Assembly: GCA_964016885.1 (NCBI GenBank)
Contig: OZ024751.1
Location: forward strand, 10,230,001-10,294,000
DNA: 64,000 bases
Reading direction: 5' to 3'
DNA from: Eledone cirrhosa
Taxonomy: Eukaryota
Below the pieces are notes generated by a model. It worked only from the letters and a program-made list of their open reading frames with translations. It searched no databases and was not told the DNA's origin. Position 1 is the first letter of the stretch; every line of letters starts with the position of its first letter. The translations under genes and the position numbers were made by a program. Shown here piece by piece: positions 55,962-64,000 of the stretch.

Positions 55962-57386
55962 TAAGTTGTTAAACAATATTCAATGATTATGTCAAAGAAT
56001 GGAATGAGTTTTACAGTAGATTGGAAGCACTCAACGGAAAATAATTTTCAGGAGTTATTAATATTAAAATATAAATATTAATAAAATAGATGTTCTTTTG
56101 ATCAATTACATTTTATTATACATATTTCGGATGTACAACAGTACGTCCTCATCAGACAAAATATAATGATACATGACATACCCTGAGATGTTAAATGGTT
56201 AAGATTTAATCAAGGTAGTGTACTACCTTGATTACCTCTCCGGGTATGTCATGTATCATTATATTTTGTCTGATGAGAACGTACTGTTGTACATCCGAAA
56301 TATGTATAATAAAATGTAATTGATCAAAAGAACATCTATTTTATTAATACTTATATTTTAATATATATATATATATAATTTTCGATGATTTTAATGCGAA
56401 ACAACAACTAATGATAAAATAAAAATACATCTTCAAAAATTAGGCTCCCAAGAGTGTGTGGCCCTAAGCTATAGCTTATAGGTAAGACCAGCACTGACCA
56501 TCACCACCACACCATTAACATCACCACCATCAGCTTCACCACTACTACCACCAGCATCATCAAATCATTAAGATCACCACCACCATCATCAAATCCTTAA
56601 GATCGCCACCACCAACACCATCATCAAATCATTAAGATCACCAGCCCCACTGCCACCATCATCAAATCATTAAAATCACCACCACCACCATCACCATGTA
56701 AAATGATGACTTTTCATTAATTATACCTGATACACTATATTGTCCATAGATGTCTTTCATTTCTGTGTTACATTTCATATATCCCCAAACCTATTAATAT
56801 ACAAAAAGTGTGTCAAGGGGTTTACTTCTAAAAAAAAGGGTCCAATCAATTTTCCTTTTCCTCAATATTTTGAAGCTTCTTAAGCTTTCACAAGCACATA
56901 TTAACCCTTTAACATTTCTTTATATTTACTATTGTATTTTCATGGTAAAAATGTTATCTCACATAATATCGAATCTATGAGATTTTATTATGATATATTT
57001 TGAGAACAATACCTTAATATCAGTATAAGCAGCTGGTTATTGTCAGTTTGAACAGAAAGAGATGAGAGAATTCTGGCCGGATACGGCTGGTTTAAATGCT
57101 AAAGGGTGAAATCTCCCCCAGTGTATTACTGGTATTTTATTTTATCGACCCTGTAAGAAGGAAAGGAAAAGCTAACCTCAGCAGGATTTGAACTCAGAAC
57201 GTAGATGGTTGTAACTATGTTGCAAAGCATATTGTCCAACGATCTACCGATTCTGCCAATCCACTGCCATTCTCTCTCATACATATAATGAGGCTAATTG
57301 CTTTTTTTCTCTTTTGGTTATTTTTTTAATTATAAACATATATATATATATATATACTTGTGTAAAGATATATATATATTTCTTCA

Positions 57387-57432
<46 letters not shown>

Positions 57433-60400
57433 AAGGCACATGGCTTAGTCAATTCTCAGACCAGGTGATGTGTTGTTTCCTTGAGCAAGACACTTTATTT
57501 CACATTGCTCCAGTTTACTCAGCTGTAGAAATGAGATGATAGGGACTAGGGTCCCTATCATTCCACTGCAAAGTGGTCGTGGAGGTGCCACAGCAAAAAA
57601 GCACCCAGCACTCACTGTAAATGAGGTTGGTGTTAGGAAGGGCATCCAGCTGTAGAAATCAAGCCAGAATCTGTTCCCGTCCCACCCTTGCAAGCAGGGA
57701 AAAGTGGACGTAAAATGATGATGATGATGATGATTATATATATATATATATAATTTATATATACATTGGAATCTTGAGTCACAAGCTTAATTCATTCCTC
57801 AATTCACCACCGAAACTATTTTTCCCATACAAACTGTTAGAGAAATACAGTGAGAGAGACATAACTATCACCATAGTAACTAACTACCCAGCAAGTGATG
57901 CTTTCCCACCTATACACCAAGCTTGTCACCAACTGGTGTTGCCGGCTTACATGTTCGTTACTTGAGACACTGTCCATCACCCGAGACGTTTTATCTTTGC
58001 AAAAATTGGTCAGAAACAAATTTGTTCATGATGAGAAGTGCTTGTGAGCCAAGGTTCAATTACATTTACAGTAGTCCCCCAGTGCTCGCGGGGATTACAT
58101 TCCTTGAGCACCCGCAAAGTGTGACAAACTGCAAATATTGGATGGGGGTCCATAAAAATCCCTATAAACATCAAAATATAACATCATCATCATCATCATC
58201 ATCATCGACGTTTAACGTCCGTGTTCCACGCTTGCATGGGTTTGGACGGGGGTAGTCCCACTTGAGGCAAGAGTGATTGTCTTGCTCGCATAGGACTGTC
58301 TGGCAGGTTTTCTACAGTTGGATGCCCTTCCTAACACCAACCACATTTACAGTGTGGGTCTGGGAGGTTTTTACCGTGTTGCCTACACGGCCACATTACA
58401 GCGTGGACTGTGTGTTTTTTTGTCGTGACACCTACACGATCTCATTTGTTTCGGCCTGGATGGCGCGGCACCAACATAACTTTACATAGAACGGGGTGGT
58501 GTGGATGGGGTGGGGGTGGTGGCGGGACGGGGTGTATTTTGTTTGAGATGCCTACTGGCAAGGCGGGTCTTCTCTGTTACTGAGTACCGCCAAAGGTCTC
58601 GGTCCAGTGACATTGTCTTGGAGAGGTGTAAGTGTGTGAGGTCGGAGTTTATCAGCTCGTCCCATGTTTTTCTAGGTCTGCCTATTCCGTGGCTACCGTC
58701 TATCTTTATTGCCCTGCACTTTGTTATACAGCTGTCGTCTTTCATGCGCATCACGTGTCCATACCAATGTAGCCTTCTCTCGAGTAAACAACATCTGATC
58801 CCTCTTATCTCTAATTTTTTCCTTAGTTCGTTTATGCTTTGCCGTTCACGTATATTACTGTTACACATCCAGCGGAGCATGCAAGCTTCGTTCCTCTCTA
58901 GTCTGCGTATATCCTCTGCACACAATAAAACATAATTTTTAAAAAAAGTGGGAGCACCTTATGTGATGGGGAGTCCAATAGGCTGGCAAATATGTTATAT
59001 TGTTGTAGACAATTAAGCGTTAAAAAAATATATATCACCACGGAAAAACCCATAAAAAAAATTGCAGAAGATATTTACGATTCCATGAATATGCGGTGGT
59101 TTCCACAAACAATTATTAGTTAGGTTCTAAGGAAAATTCTGCAAATAACCGGGACCACGAATGTTGGAACCGCCTATGCCGAGAGTACACTCTCTGTGTG
59201 CGTGTGCATGTGTGTGTGCATGTGTGTGTGTGCATGCATGTGTGTGTGTGTAATCATCAACATTACCTTATTAATAAGGAACAAAATTCTGAACGATAAA
59301 GGAAAATTTCAAACTTACTTTGGGTCGACTGTCTTTGGGAATTTTGCAGAGTTTCCTTAGTTGCAACAGTAAAGATGTTTTACCAACATTATGAGTGCCA
59401 ACTAGCATCAAATTTAAACAGTTGTATTCACATTCCCTGTAAGAAAAGGTACACACACTATGTCATATGATGGGGGATACAGACCAATGAAGAGAAAGTG
59501 ACAATATGATTGGATAACTACAATAAATTTGACTACCTACATCCTTGAGGGACGAAGACAGGAGAAAAGGGCCAGGGTACGTCAAAAAGGAGATTGACAG
59601 GAAGGAGTTTGGAGGAATGTACAGCAATGGTAAGAGACAGGAAAAGATAGAGAGTGCTGGTCCATAGTTCCATGACACCTGACCCTCAGATATGAGGATG
59701 GCTTGAGAAGAAGATTTTTAACCCTTTAGCATTTAAACTGGTCATATGTGGCCAGAATTCTCTCACCTCTTTCTGTTCAAACCAACCATGACTGGCCGCT
59801 TATACTGCTGTTAAGGTATTATTCTCCAAATAAATAACATCAAAATTTCGTAGATTCGATATTATGTGAAATAATTATGGAAGATAAAATCTTTACCACA
59901 AAAATACAATAATATATATAGAGTAATGTAAATGCTAAAGGGTTAACTCTGTGTGTGTCATCATCATCACATTTAATGTCTATTTTCCATGCTTGCATGG
60001 GTTAGACGGGTCGTCCATATTATGACACAAGTCTCACCAGTTGGCCACGCTGTAACTTGCTCAAACTGAACTGTATTTTATGTGTGTGTATAATTTACTA
60101 TTGTTTCAAGAGCTTCCATATATTAGTCACATAAGGTGACCAGGTTAGTTAGATGTGATGGAGGTTTTAACACCACACAGGTGACCAGGTTAGTGAGATG
60201 TGATGGAGGTGTTTACACCACACAGGTGACCAGGTTAGTGAGATGTGATGGAGGTTTTAACACCACACAGGTGACCAGGTTAGTGAGATGTGATGGAGGT
60301 TTTAACACCACACAGGTGACCAGGTTAGTGAGATGTGATGGAGGTGTTTACACCACACAGGTGACCAGGTTAGTGAGATGTGATGGAGGTTTTAACACCA

Positions 60401-62631
60401 CACAGGTGACCAGGTTAGTTAGATGTGATAGAGGTTTTAACACCACACGGGTGACCAGGTTAGTGAGATGTGATAGAGGTTTTAACACCACACGGGTGAC
60501 CAGGTTAGTGAGATGTGATAGAGGTTTTAACACCACACGGGTGACCAGGTTAGTGAGATGTGATAGAGGTTTTAACACCACACGGGTGACCAGGTTAGTG
60601 AGATGTGATGGAGGTGTTTACACCACACAGGTGACCAGGTTAGTTAGATGTGATAGAGGTTTTAACACCACACAGGTGACCAGGTTAGTTAGATGTGATA
60701 GAGGTTTTAACACCACACAGGTGACCAGGTTAGTGAGATGTGATGAAGGTTTTAACACCACACGGGTGACCAGGTTAGTGAGATGTGATGAAGGTTTTAA
60801 CACCACACAAAATAAATGGAAAGTAAATATGACAGCTTTTATTCTCTTTTTATTTTTCTGCCAAAATGAGATTTTCTTTTCTTCACGCACTTATTCCTAA
60901 GAGGGTCATGGGGACAGAGTCCTCAAACAATCCTTCCAATGGGTCCTGTCAGAAGCAACCATCTCCAACTGATCCAACTAGATCCCCAAATGAGACCAGC
61001 CAAGCTCATGGATGTTATCCAACCATCTTGCTCGGGATCTACCCCATGTCTCCTGTTGGTTGGTTTTGCCCGTAAAATCTATCCAGTGATTCTTTCCTCT
61101 GACATTCTAACTACATGCCCACATGTTAAGGGTTAACAATCATAATAGGTTGTTTTATTTTTCAAATAACCACATGGCTATAGTATCGGAGCTGTGATCT
61201 CTCAATTTGGAGAAATAGTGGCTCTACTTGGACTGACTCTCTTATCTCCGAGCTATGCACTTTTCTACAATGAAATTGTTTTTTTGTTTTTTTTTTGTTT
61301 TTTGTTTGTTTTGCAATAAACCCGAAATAGTTTGATAAATATCAATAGATTCAAATGTGATAAATTAAAAACTGTGGAAATTATTGACTTCAAAATACAT
61401 ATTTAAAAAAAAAGACAGATCAACAAAAAAAGACAAATATATTTGTCTTTGGAATAAAAGGTGGCGAAAATAATTGGCAAAAATTCTTACGCTTCAAGCA
61501 CTGAATTAAGAAATCCTGTAATCTCATCCACCGGTCGGTTCATTGCAATTAAATCATGTACAGGTCCTTCTAAAGGACAGTTTTCAAGATCAAGCTTCCA
61601 CAATCTTTTCAGTAAACCCATTTCTCCTGGAAGCTGGATAAAAAATAAATAAAATAGAATATAAATAAAATTAAAATAAAATAAAATAAAAACAAGATAT
61701 AAAGCAAATATTTTGAATAATGTAAAGACCCCTTCGGTCGTGCATGGCCATAGGATTTGCACCTAGAAAGTTCCCCCTCGAGGCACAAATCTGGGCAAGG
61801 TTGTTTGTGGAAGACCAGCAGTCGTCCAAGCATACTAGTCTCTCCTCACCAATGTTGTCCAAGGGAAAGGCAAAAGCACCAGTGACATTGCAACTTATTT
61901 CTACAGCTGAGTGAACCAGAGCAATGTGTAATAAAACGTCTTGCTCAAGAACACAATGCAAAGCCCGGTCCGAGAATGTAACTCACTACCTCGTGAGTGT
62001 TAGCCTGACGCTCTAACCTCTTAGCCAATTTTAAGAAATTACTATTTCTCTATTAGTGTGTGTTTAGTGAGAAATTTGACTAGAAACTAAACATTGGTTT
62101 CTAATTTTGGCACAAGGTCAGCAAATTTAGGGGAAGGGCAAAGTCAATTAAATTAACCCCAGTACTTGACTGGTATTTTATTTTATCAACCCCAGAAGGA
62201 TGAAAGGCAAGGTTGATCTTGAAAGGATTTAAACAAGAAATTAAATAAAGTAGTGTAGTTGATAAAAGATGATGATGATGAGATATGTAATAAAAGGCCG
62301 ATCATTTTCAAAAAGCCGGTACAATGTGGTAGAAAAATACAAAGGACAAATGATGACAAAACATTTAACATTATTATAGCTATGGTTAGCTTTCTATATA
62401 GGACAGACACCACAGCTAAACACCTAATCTGATGTGTAAAACAATGATAGGAGGGGATGAAACAAAAATACTTACCTCTCGTATATCATTGTCGCTAAGA
62501 TTTAACATTTTCAGTTGAGACAGTAGGCCAATATCTCCAGAAACTTTGTTAAGTCGATTAAAACTGACATCTAACATAGTGAGATTAGGAAATATTACCA
62601 CTGGAGGTGGAGCTATACCAGATGATGCAGA
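14823..62631 (-). CDS. Lrrk: ROCO-family leucine-rich repeat kinase (LRR-ROC-COR-kinase-WD40), Lrrk/LRRK1-like; partial, 21 exons
   Basis: Hand-spliced exons with GT-AG boundaries and consistent phases, 3887 nt in total. Motifs: P-loop [65 protein letters not shown]. The ROC segment closely resembles invertebrate Lrrk/LRRK1. Confidence 0.93.
16738..16853 (-). CDS. Lrrk: Lrrk exon, start of WD40-like region (TQLWLSTH...LEIYTF)
   Basis: 116 nt phase 1/0; tttag acceptor, gtaaat donor. Confidence 0.75.
17038..17248 (-). CDS. Lrrk: Lrrk exon, kinase end ([15 protein letters not shown])
   Basis: 211 nt phase 0/1. Confidence 0.92.
18553..18675 (-). CDS. Lrrk: Lrrk exon, kinase alphaF ([15 protein letters not shown]...GGRP)
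   Basis: 123 nt phase 0/0, translated by hand. Confidence 0.93.
18876..18926 (-). ncRNA. Minimal type I hammerhead ribozyme, sense to the Lrrk pre-mRNA
   Basis: Minus strand: GCAT-CTGATGA-AGTCACATG(CATAAC)CATGTAACA-GAAA-TATATA-TC|ATGC. Confidence 0.75.
19238..19489 (-). CDS. Lrrk: Lrrk exon, kinase catalytic/activation loop ([20 protein letters not shown])
   Basis: 252 nt phase 0/0; YRD and DYG are typical of LRRK kinases. Confidence 0.95.
19800..20375. repeat. Interspersed repeat with internal ~70-bp tandem units (GAGATCACAGCTCC..TATG..CATGTGGTTAGAA); related copies at 17325-17745 and 60880-61260 (opposite strand)
   Basis: Shared motifs in three loci; family not identified. Confidence 0.7.
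20409..20645 (-). CDS. Lrrk: Lrrk exon, kinase alphaC/hinge ([17 protein letters not shown]...LELAPHGSL)
   Basis: 237 nt phase 0/0. Confidence 0.93.
21144..23245 (+). mobile_element. Penelope-like retroelement, 5'-truncated and frameshifted, with an inverted copy of its 3' end at the 5' end
   Basis: RT (GLPMGS, RYVDD) in 21828..22091; GIY-YIG endonuclease ([18 protein letters not shown]) in 22163..22864; 21144-21393 is the reverse complement of ~23000-23245. Confidence 0.92.
23298..23845 (-). mobile_element. RTE LINE 3' fragment (second subfamily)
   Basis: [11 protein letters not shown]; homologous to 13599-14158. Confidence 0.85.
23981..24480 (-). mobile_element. RTE LINE 3' fragment
   Basis: Near-identical to 58182-58650. 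Confidence 0.85.
24622..24682 (+). ncRNA. Minimal type I hammerhead ribozyme
   Basis: TTTCATT-CTGATGA-TTGAAAGCAAA(ATTTG)TTTGCTTTCAA-GAAA-CCACTGA-TA|AATGAAA. Confidence 0.8.
25565..26071 (-). mobile_element. C-terminal fragment of a different RTE-type LINE with three C2H2-like zinc fingers
   Basis: [12 protein letters not shown] motif followed by CSVC..H..H, CQTC..H..H and CRLC..H. Confidence 0.75.
26072..29362 (+). mobile_element. RTE-clade LINE, near full length but 5'-truncated (pseudogenised)
   Basis: AP endonuclease (AGDLNGH, SQVDY), RT ([23 protein letters not shown]), Cys-rich PHD-like module; stop at 27525, frameshift near 28170; (GAT)n tail. Confidence 0.93.
29568..29627 (-). CDS. 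Lrrk: Lrrk short exon, kinase beta3 lysine ([20 protein letters not shown])
   Basis: 60 nt phase 0/0; ttttcag acceptor, gtaag donor; only candidate found supplying the AxK motif. Confidence 0.75.
29669..30689 (+). mobile_element. Non-autonomous Helitron-like element with an internal ~93-bp tandem duplication
   Basis: 5' TCTATAAAAG; 3' CCCGAGCAATGCCGGG..CTAG; duplication at ~30210-30392. Confidence 0.6.
31162..31275 (-). CDS. Lrrk: Lrrk exon, kinase Gly-rich loop (VFRDLEE...[12 protein letters not shown])
   Basis: 114 nt phase 0/0; GxGxFG motif; absent from the ORF track. Confidence 0.9.
31425..33152 (+). repeat. Compound (AT)/(AC) microsatellite
   Basis: Direct inspection; similar tracts at 2100-3720, 5345-5705, 6240-6545, 30720-31062. 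Confidence 0.97.
33682..33722 (+). ncRNA. Minimal type I hammerhead ribozyme with palindromic stem III
   Basis: CTGTC-CTGATGA-TAGC(CAGA)GCTT-GAAA-TGTACA-TT|GACAG; stem I extends imperfectly to 33658-33747. Confidence 0.8.
34674..34842 (-). CDS. Lrrk: Lrrk exon, COR end (FLVEECM...CPIHGDL...LAPDI)
   Basis: 169 nt phase 2/0. Confidence 0.9.
34985..35240 (+). repeat. ~57-bp minisatellite, ~4.5 units
   Basis: GACTAGATTTCCCTGGACAGGACACCAGTCCATTGTGGTGTTAAGTTACTGAGAG. Confidence 0.9.
35550..35882 (-). CDS. Lrrk: Lrrk exon, COR-B ([25 protein letters not shown]...RLVPCPCC)
   Basis: 333 nt phase 2/2 using the tttag acceptor at 35883-35884. Confidence 0.88.
37205..37938 (+). mobile_element. CR1/L2-group LINE 3' fragment with (ATT)n tail
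   Basis: [33 protein letters not shown]. Confidence 0.88.
38426..39132 (-). CDS. Lrrk: Lrrk exon, COR-B ([21 protein letters not shown]...CWQKQM)
   Basis: 707 nt phase 0/2; contains ORF 38422..39054. Confidence 0.88.
40421..40602 (-). CDS. Lrrk: Lrrk exon, COR (LLSKFELAL...LLIPSLLP)
   Basis: 182 nt phase 1/0. Confidence 0.92.
40845..40967 (-). CDS. Lrrk: Lrrk exon, COR ([36 protein letters not shown])
   Basis: 123 nt phase 1/1; hallmark COR motif FLDPQWL. Confidence 0.92.
41025..41940 (+). repeat. (GAA/GAG)n polypurine tract
   Basis: Direct inspection. Confidence 0.95.
41947..42041 (-). CDS. Lrrk: Lrrk exon, COR ([18 protein letters not shown])
   Basis: 95 nt phase 2/1. Confidence 0.92.
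42083..42825 (+). repeat. Poly-G run plus (CAGA)n-based higher-order repeat
   Basis: Direct inspection. Confidence 0.9.
43085..43700 (+). repeat. Degenerate ~20-bp minisatellite
   Basis: AGATTAAGTCTACCACCCC-like units. Confidence 0.9.
43796..43928 (-). CDS. Lrrk: Lrrk exon, COR start ([17 protein letters not shown]...DPVL)
   Basis: 133 nt phase 1/2. Confidence 0.9.
44761..45087 (+). mobile_element. CORE-like SINE with RTE-derived 3' tail; copy at 57436-57735
   Basis: A-box TGGCTTAGTGG; CCTTGAGCAAGACACTTTA core; tail GGTGTTAGGAAGGGCATCCAGC shared with the RTE LINE; (GAT)n end. Confidence 0.75.
45522..45584 (+). ncRNA. Decayed hammerhead motif
   Basis: TATTTTAT-CTGATGA-AAGCATACTA(CAATT)TAGTATCCTT-GAAA-TCTAAACTA-TG|ATAAAGTA; G at the cleavage position suggests it is inactive. 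Confidence 0.6.
46529..46608 (+). ncRNA. Type I hammerhead ribozyme with complete stems
   Basis: ACACCCA-CTGAAGA-GCAAT..ATTGC-GAAA-CAGC-ATTACCAAAA-GCTG-TC|TGGGTGT; GUC cleavage triplet ending at 46601. Confidence 0.88.
47570..49741 (-). mobile_element. Second Penelope-like retroelement (decayed)
   Basis: ORFs 49237..49623 and 48479..49237 ([14 protein letters not shown]); [24 protein letters not shown] near 48290-48365; 5' end abuts (TA)n. Confidence 0.9.
50039..50300 (-). CDS. Lrrk: Lrrk exon, ROC G4/G5 ([16 protein letters not shown]...ELRYP)
   Basis: 262 nt phase 0/1; gtag acceptor, gtatg donor. Confidence 0.92.
50329..50475. mobile_element. Tc1/mariner (Tigger-like) MITE
   Basis: TA-CAGTGAAATTTCGTTATAACGAA ... 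TTCATTATAATGGAATTTTACCTG-TA. Confidence 0.55.
51318..51440 (-). CDS. Lrrk: Lrrk exon, ROC ([41 protein letters not shown])
   Basis: 123 nt phase 0/0; absent from the ORF track, translated by hand. Confidence 0.93.
51570..52340 (+). repeat. ~30-bp C/A-rich minisatellite
   Basis: CCACCACTACCATAACACCACTTTACCCCT-like units. Confidence 0.92.
52520..52660 (-). CDS. Lrrk: Lrrk exon, ROC switch I/II (LSTVGID...TWDFGGQ)
   Basis: 141 nt phase 0/0; STVGI and WDFGGQ motifs. Confidence 0.93.
52688..53195 (+). repeat. (CAT/CAC)n trinucleotide low-complexity tract
   Basis: Direct inspection. Confidence 0.9.
53915..55316 (-). mobile_element. RTE LINE fragment (RT and C-terminus) interrupted by a SINE
   Basis: ORFs 54549..55262, 54079..54315 and 53912..54100 are homologous to 27579-28974; SINE 54436-54626 is flanked by the duplication ATTATTTCTACAG. 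Confidence 0.9.
56110..56162 (-). ncRNA. Hammerhead ribozyme motif, left arm of palindrome
   Basis: Minus strand: ATTTTGT-CTGATGA-GGACGTAC(TGTT)GTACATCC-GAAA-TATGTA-TA|ATAAAAT. Confidence 0.78.
56263..56315 (+). ncRNA. Hammerhead ribozyme motif, right arm of palindrome
   Basis: Same motif on the + strand with one extra stem II mismatch (GAACGTAC). Confidence 0.72.
58182..58922 (-). mobile_element. RTE LINE 3' fragment with (GAT)n tail
   Basis: Highly similar to 28610-29362. Confidence 0.9.
59319..59436 (-). CDS. Lrrk: Lrrk exon, ROC P-loop ([15 protein letters not shown])
   Basis: GxxxxGKT motif; 118 nt phase 2/0; ttacag acceptor, gtaag donor. Confidence 0.92.
60135..60809 (+). repeat. 45-bp minisatellite, ~15 units
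   Basis: GGTGACCAGGTTAGTGAGATGTGATGGAGGTTTTAACACCACACA. Confidence 0.95.
61491..61633 (-). CDS. Lrrk: Lrrk exon (last LRR): [21 protein letters not shown]...
   Basis: cag acceptor, gtaag donor, 143 nt phase 0/2. Confidence 0.9.
62476..62631 (-). CDS. Lrrk: Lrrk exon (LRR): SASSG...[15 protein letters not shown]...[13 protein letters not shown]
   Basis: tttcag acceptor, gtaag donor, 156 nt phase 0/0, LxxLxLxxN repeats. Confidence 0.85.
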
Positions 62632-62639
62632 CTGAAATG

Positions 62640-63102
62640 ATAATAGCAATGTTGATAATAGCAATGTTGATAATACCAATATTGATAATAGCATTGTTGG
62701 TAATAGCAATGTTGATAATAGCAATGTTGGTAATAGCAATGTTGATAATAGCAATGTTGATAACAGTAATGTTGATAATACCAATGTTGGTAATAGCAAG
62801 GTTGGTAATAGCAAGGTTGATAATAGCAATGTTGATAATAGCAATGTTGATAACAGTAATGTTGATAATACCAATGTTGATAATAGCAACGTTGATAATA
62901 GCAATATTGATAATACCAATGTTGATAATAGCAATATTGATAATACCAATATTGATAATAGCATTGTTGGTAATAGCAATGTTGGTAATAGCAATGTTGA
63001 TAATAGCAATGTTGATAATAGCAATGTTGATAATAGCAATGTTGATAATAGCAATATTGATAATAGCATTGTTGATAATAGCAATGTTGATAATAGCATT
63101 AT
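62640..63102 (+). repeat. 15-bp minisatellite abutting an exon acceptor
   Basis: TAATAGCAATGTTGA units. Confidence 0.95.
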
Positions 63103-63104
63103 TG

Positions 63105-64000
63105 TGGGTAGGTAGATAGCTAGGTATATGGGTAGGTAGGTATGTGGGTAGGTAAATAGGTACATACATAGGTAGGTAGGTAGATAGGTAGGCAGGTAGG
63201 TAGGCAGGTAGGTAGGTAGGTAGGTAGGTAGAGAGGTAGGTAGGTAGGTAGGTAGGTAGGCAGGCAGATAGGTAGGCAGAGAGGTAGGTAGGTAGGTAGG
63301 CAGACAGATAGGTAGGCAGGTAGGTAGGTACATAACTAAATAGGTAGGTAAGTAGATATGTAGTTAGGTAGTAGGAGGTAGTAGGTACATATGTAGTTAG
63401 GTAGGCAGGTAGATAGGTAGGTGGGTAGCTAGGTGGGTAGCTAGGTAGATAAGTAGGTAGGTAAGTGCATAACAAGGTAGGGAGATAGGTAAGTAAGTAC
63501 ATAGGTAGGTATGTAGGTAAGTACCTAAAAAGGTAGATAGGTGGGTAGATAGGTTGATATGTGGGTAGGTAGGTGGGTAGGTGGGTAAATAAGTAGGTAG
63601 GTAGTTAGGTGGGTTGGTAGCTGGGTTGGTAGGTGGGTGGGTAGGTGGGTGGGTAAGTAGGTAGGTGGGTAGGTGGGTGGGTAGGTAGGTAGGTAGGTAG
63701 ATAGGTAGGTTAATAGGTAGGTAGGTAGGTAGGTAGGTAGGTAGGTAGGTAAATAAGTAGGTAGGTAGGTAAGTAGTTAGGTGGGTTGGTAGGTTGGTAG
63801 GTAGGTAGGTAGGTAAGTAGGTAGGTAGGTGGGTAAGTAGGTAGGTAGGTGGGTAAGTAGGTAGGTAGGTTGGTAAGTAGGTAGGTAGGTGGGTAAGTAG
63901 GTAGGTAGGTTGGTAAGTAGGTAGGTTGGTAAGTAGGTAGGTAGGTAAGTAGGTAGGTAGGTAAGTAGGTAGGTGTGTAAGTAGGTAGGTAGGTAAGTAG
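63105..64000 (+). repeat. (TAGG)n microsatellite
   Basis: Direct inspection. Confidence 0.95.

Noticed and set aside
60136-60900. 254-aa repeat ORF
   Set aside because: 45-bp minisatellite, antisense within an intron, with no supporting gene structure.
63105-64000. Telomere-like G-rich end
   Set aside because: The unit is TAGG, not TTAGGG/TTAGG, and it lies in an intron of a gene that must continue upstream.

Overview
Animal (eukaryotic) genomic DNA: AT-rich, packed with microsatellites and retroelements. The repeat landscape resembles an octopus/cephalopod genome (inference only). The window lies inside one large minus-strand gene encoding a ROCO-family leucine-rich repeat kinase (Lrrk/LRRK1-like). 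I reconstructed 21 phase-consistent GT-AG exons (62631->14823, 3887 nt, ~1295 codons) covering the last LRRs, ROC GTPase, COR, kinase and the start of the WD40 region; the N- and C-termini were not found. The introns hold two decayed Penelope-like elements (PLEs), RTE/CR1/Tx1 LINE copies, SINEs, Helitron-, hAT- and piggyBac-type non-autonomous elements, and many mini/microsatellites. The most notable signal is a dense set of type I hammerhead ribozyme motifs: 7 with an intact CUGANGA...GAAA core, plus core variants in the PLE terminal repeats. Several sit in short fold-back (inverted-repeat) elements, including a full-stem hammerhead at 46529-46608 whose loops II and III are complementary and a palindrome with one hammerhead per strand at 56061-56364. 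All folds were done by eye; none has been computed or assayed.
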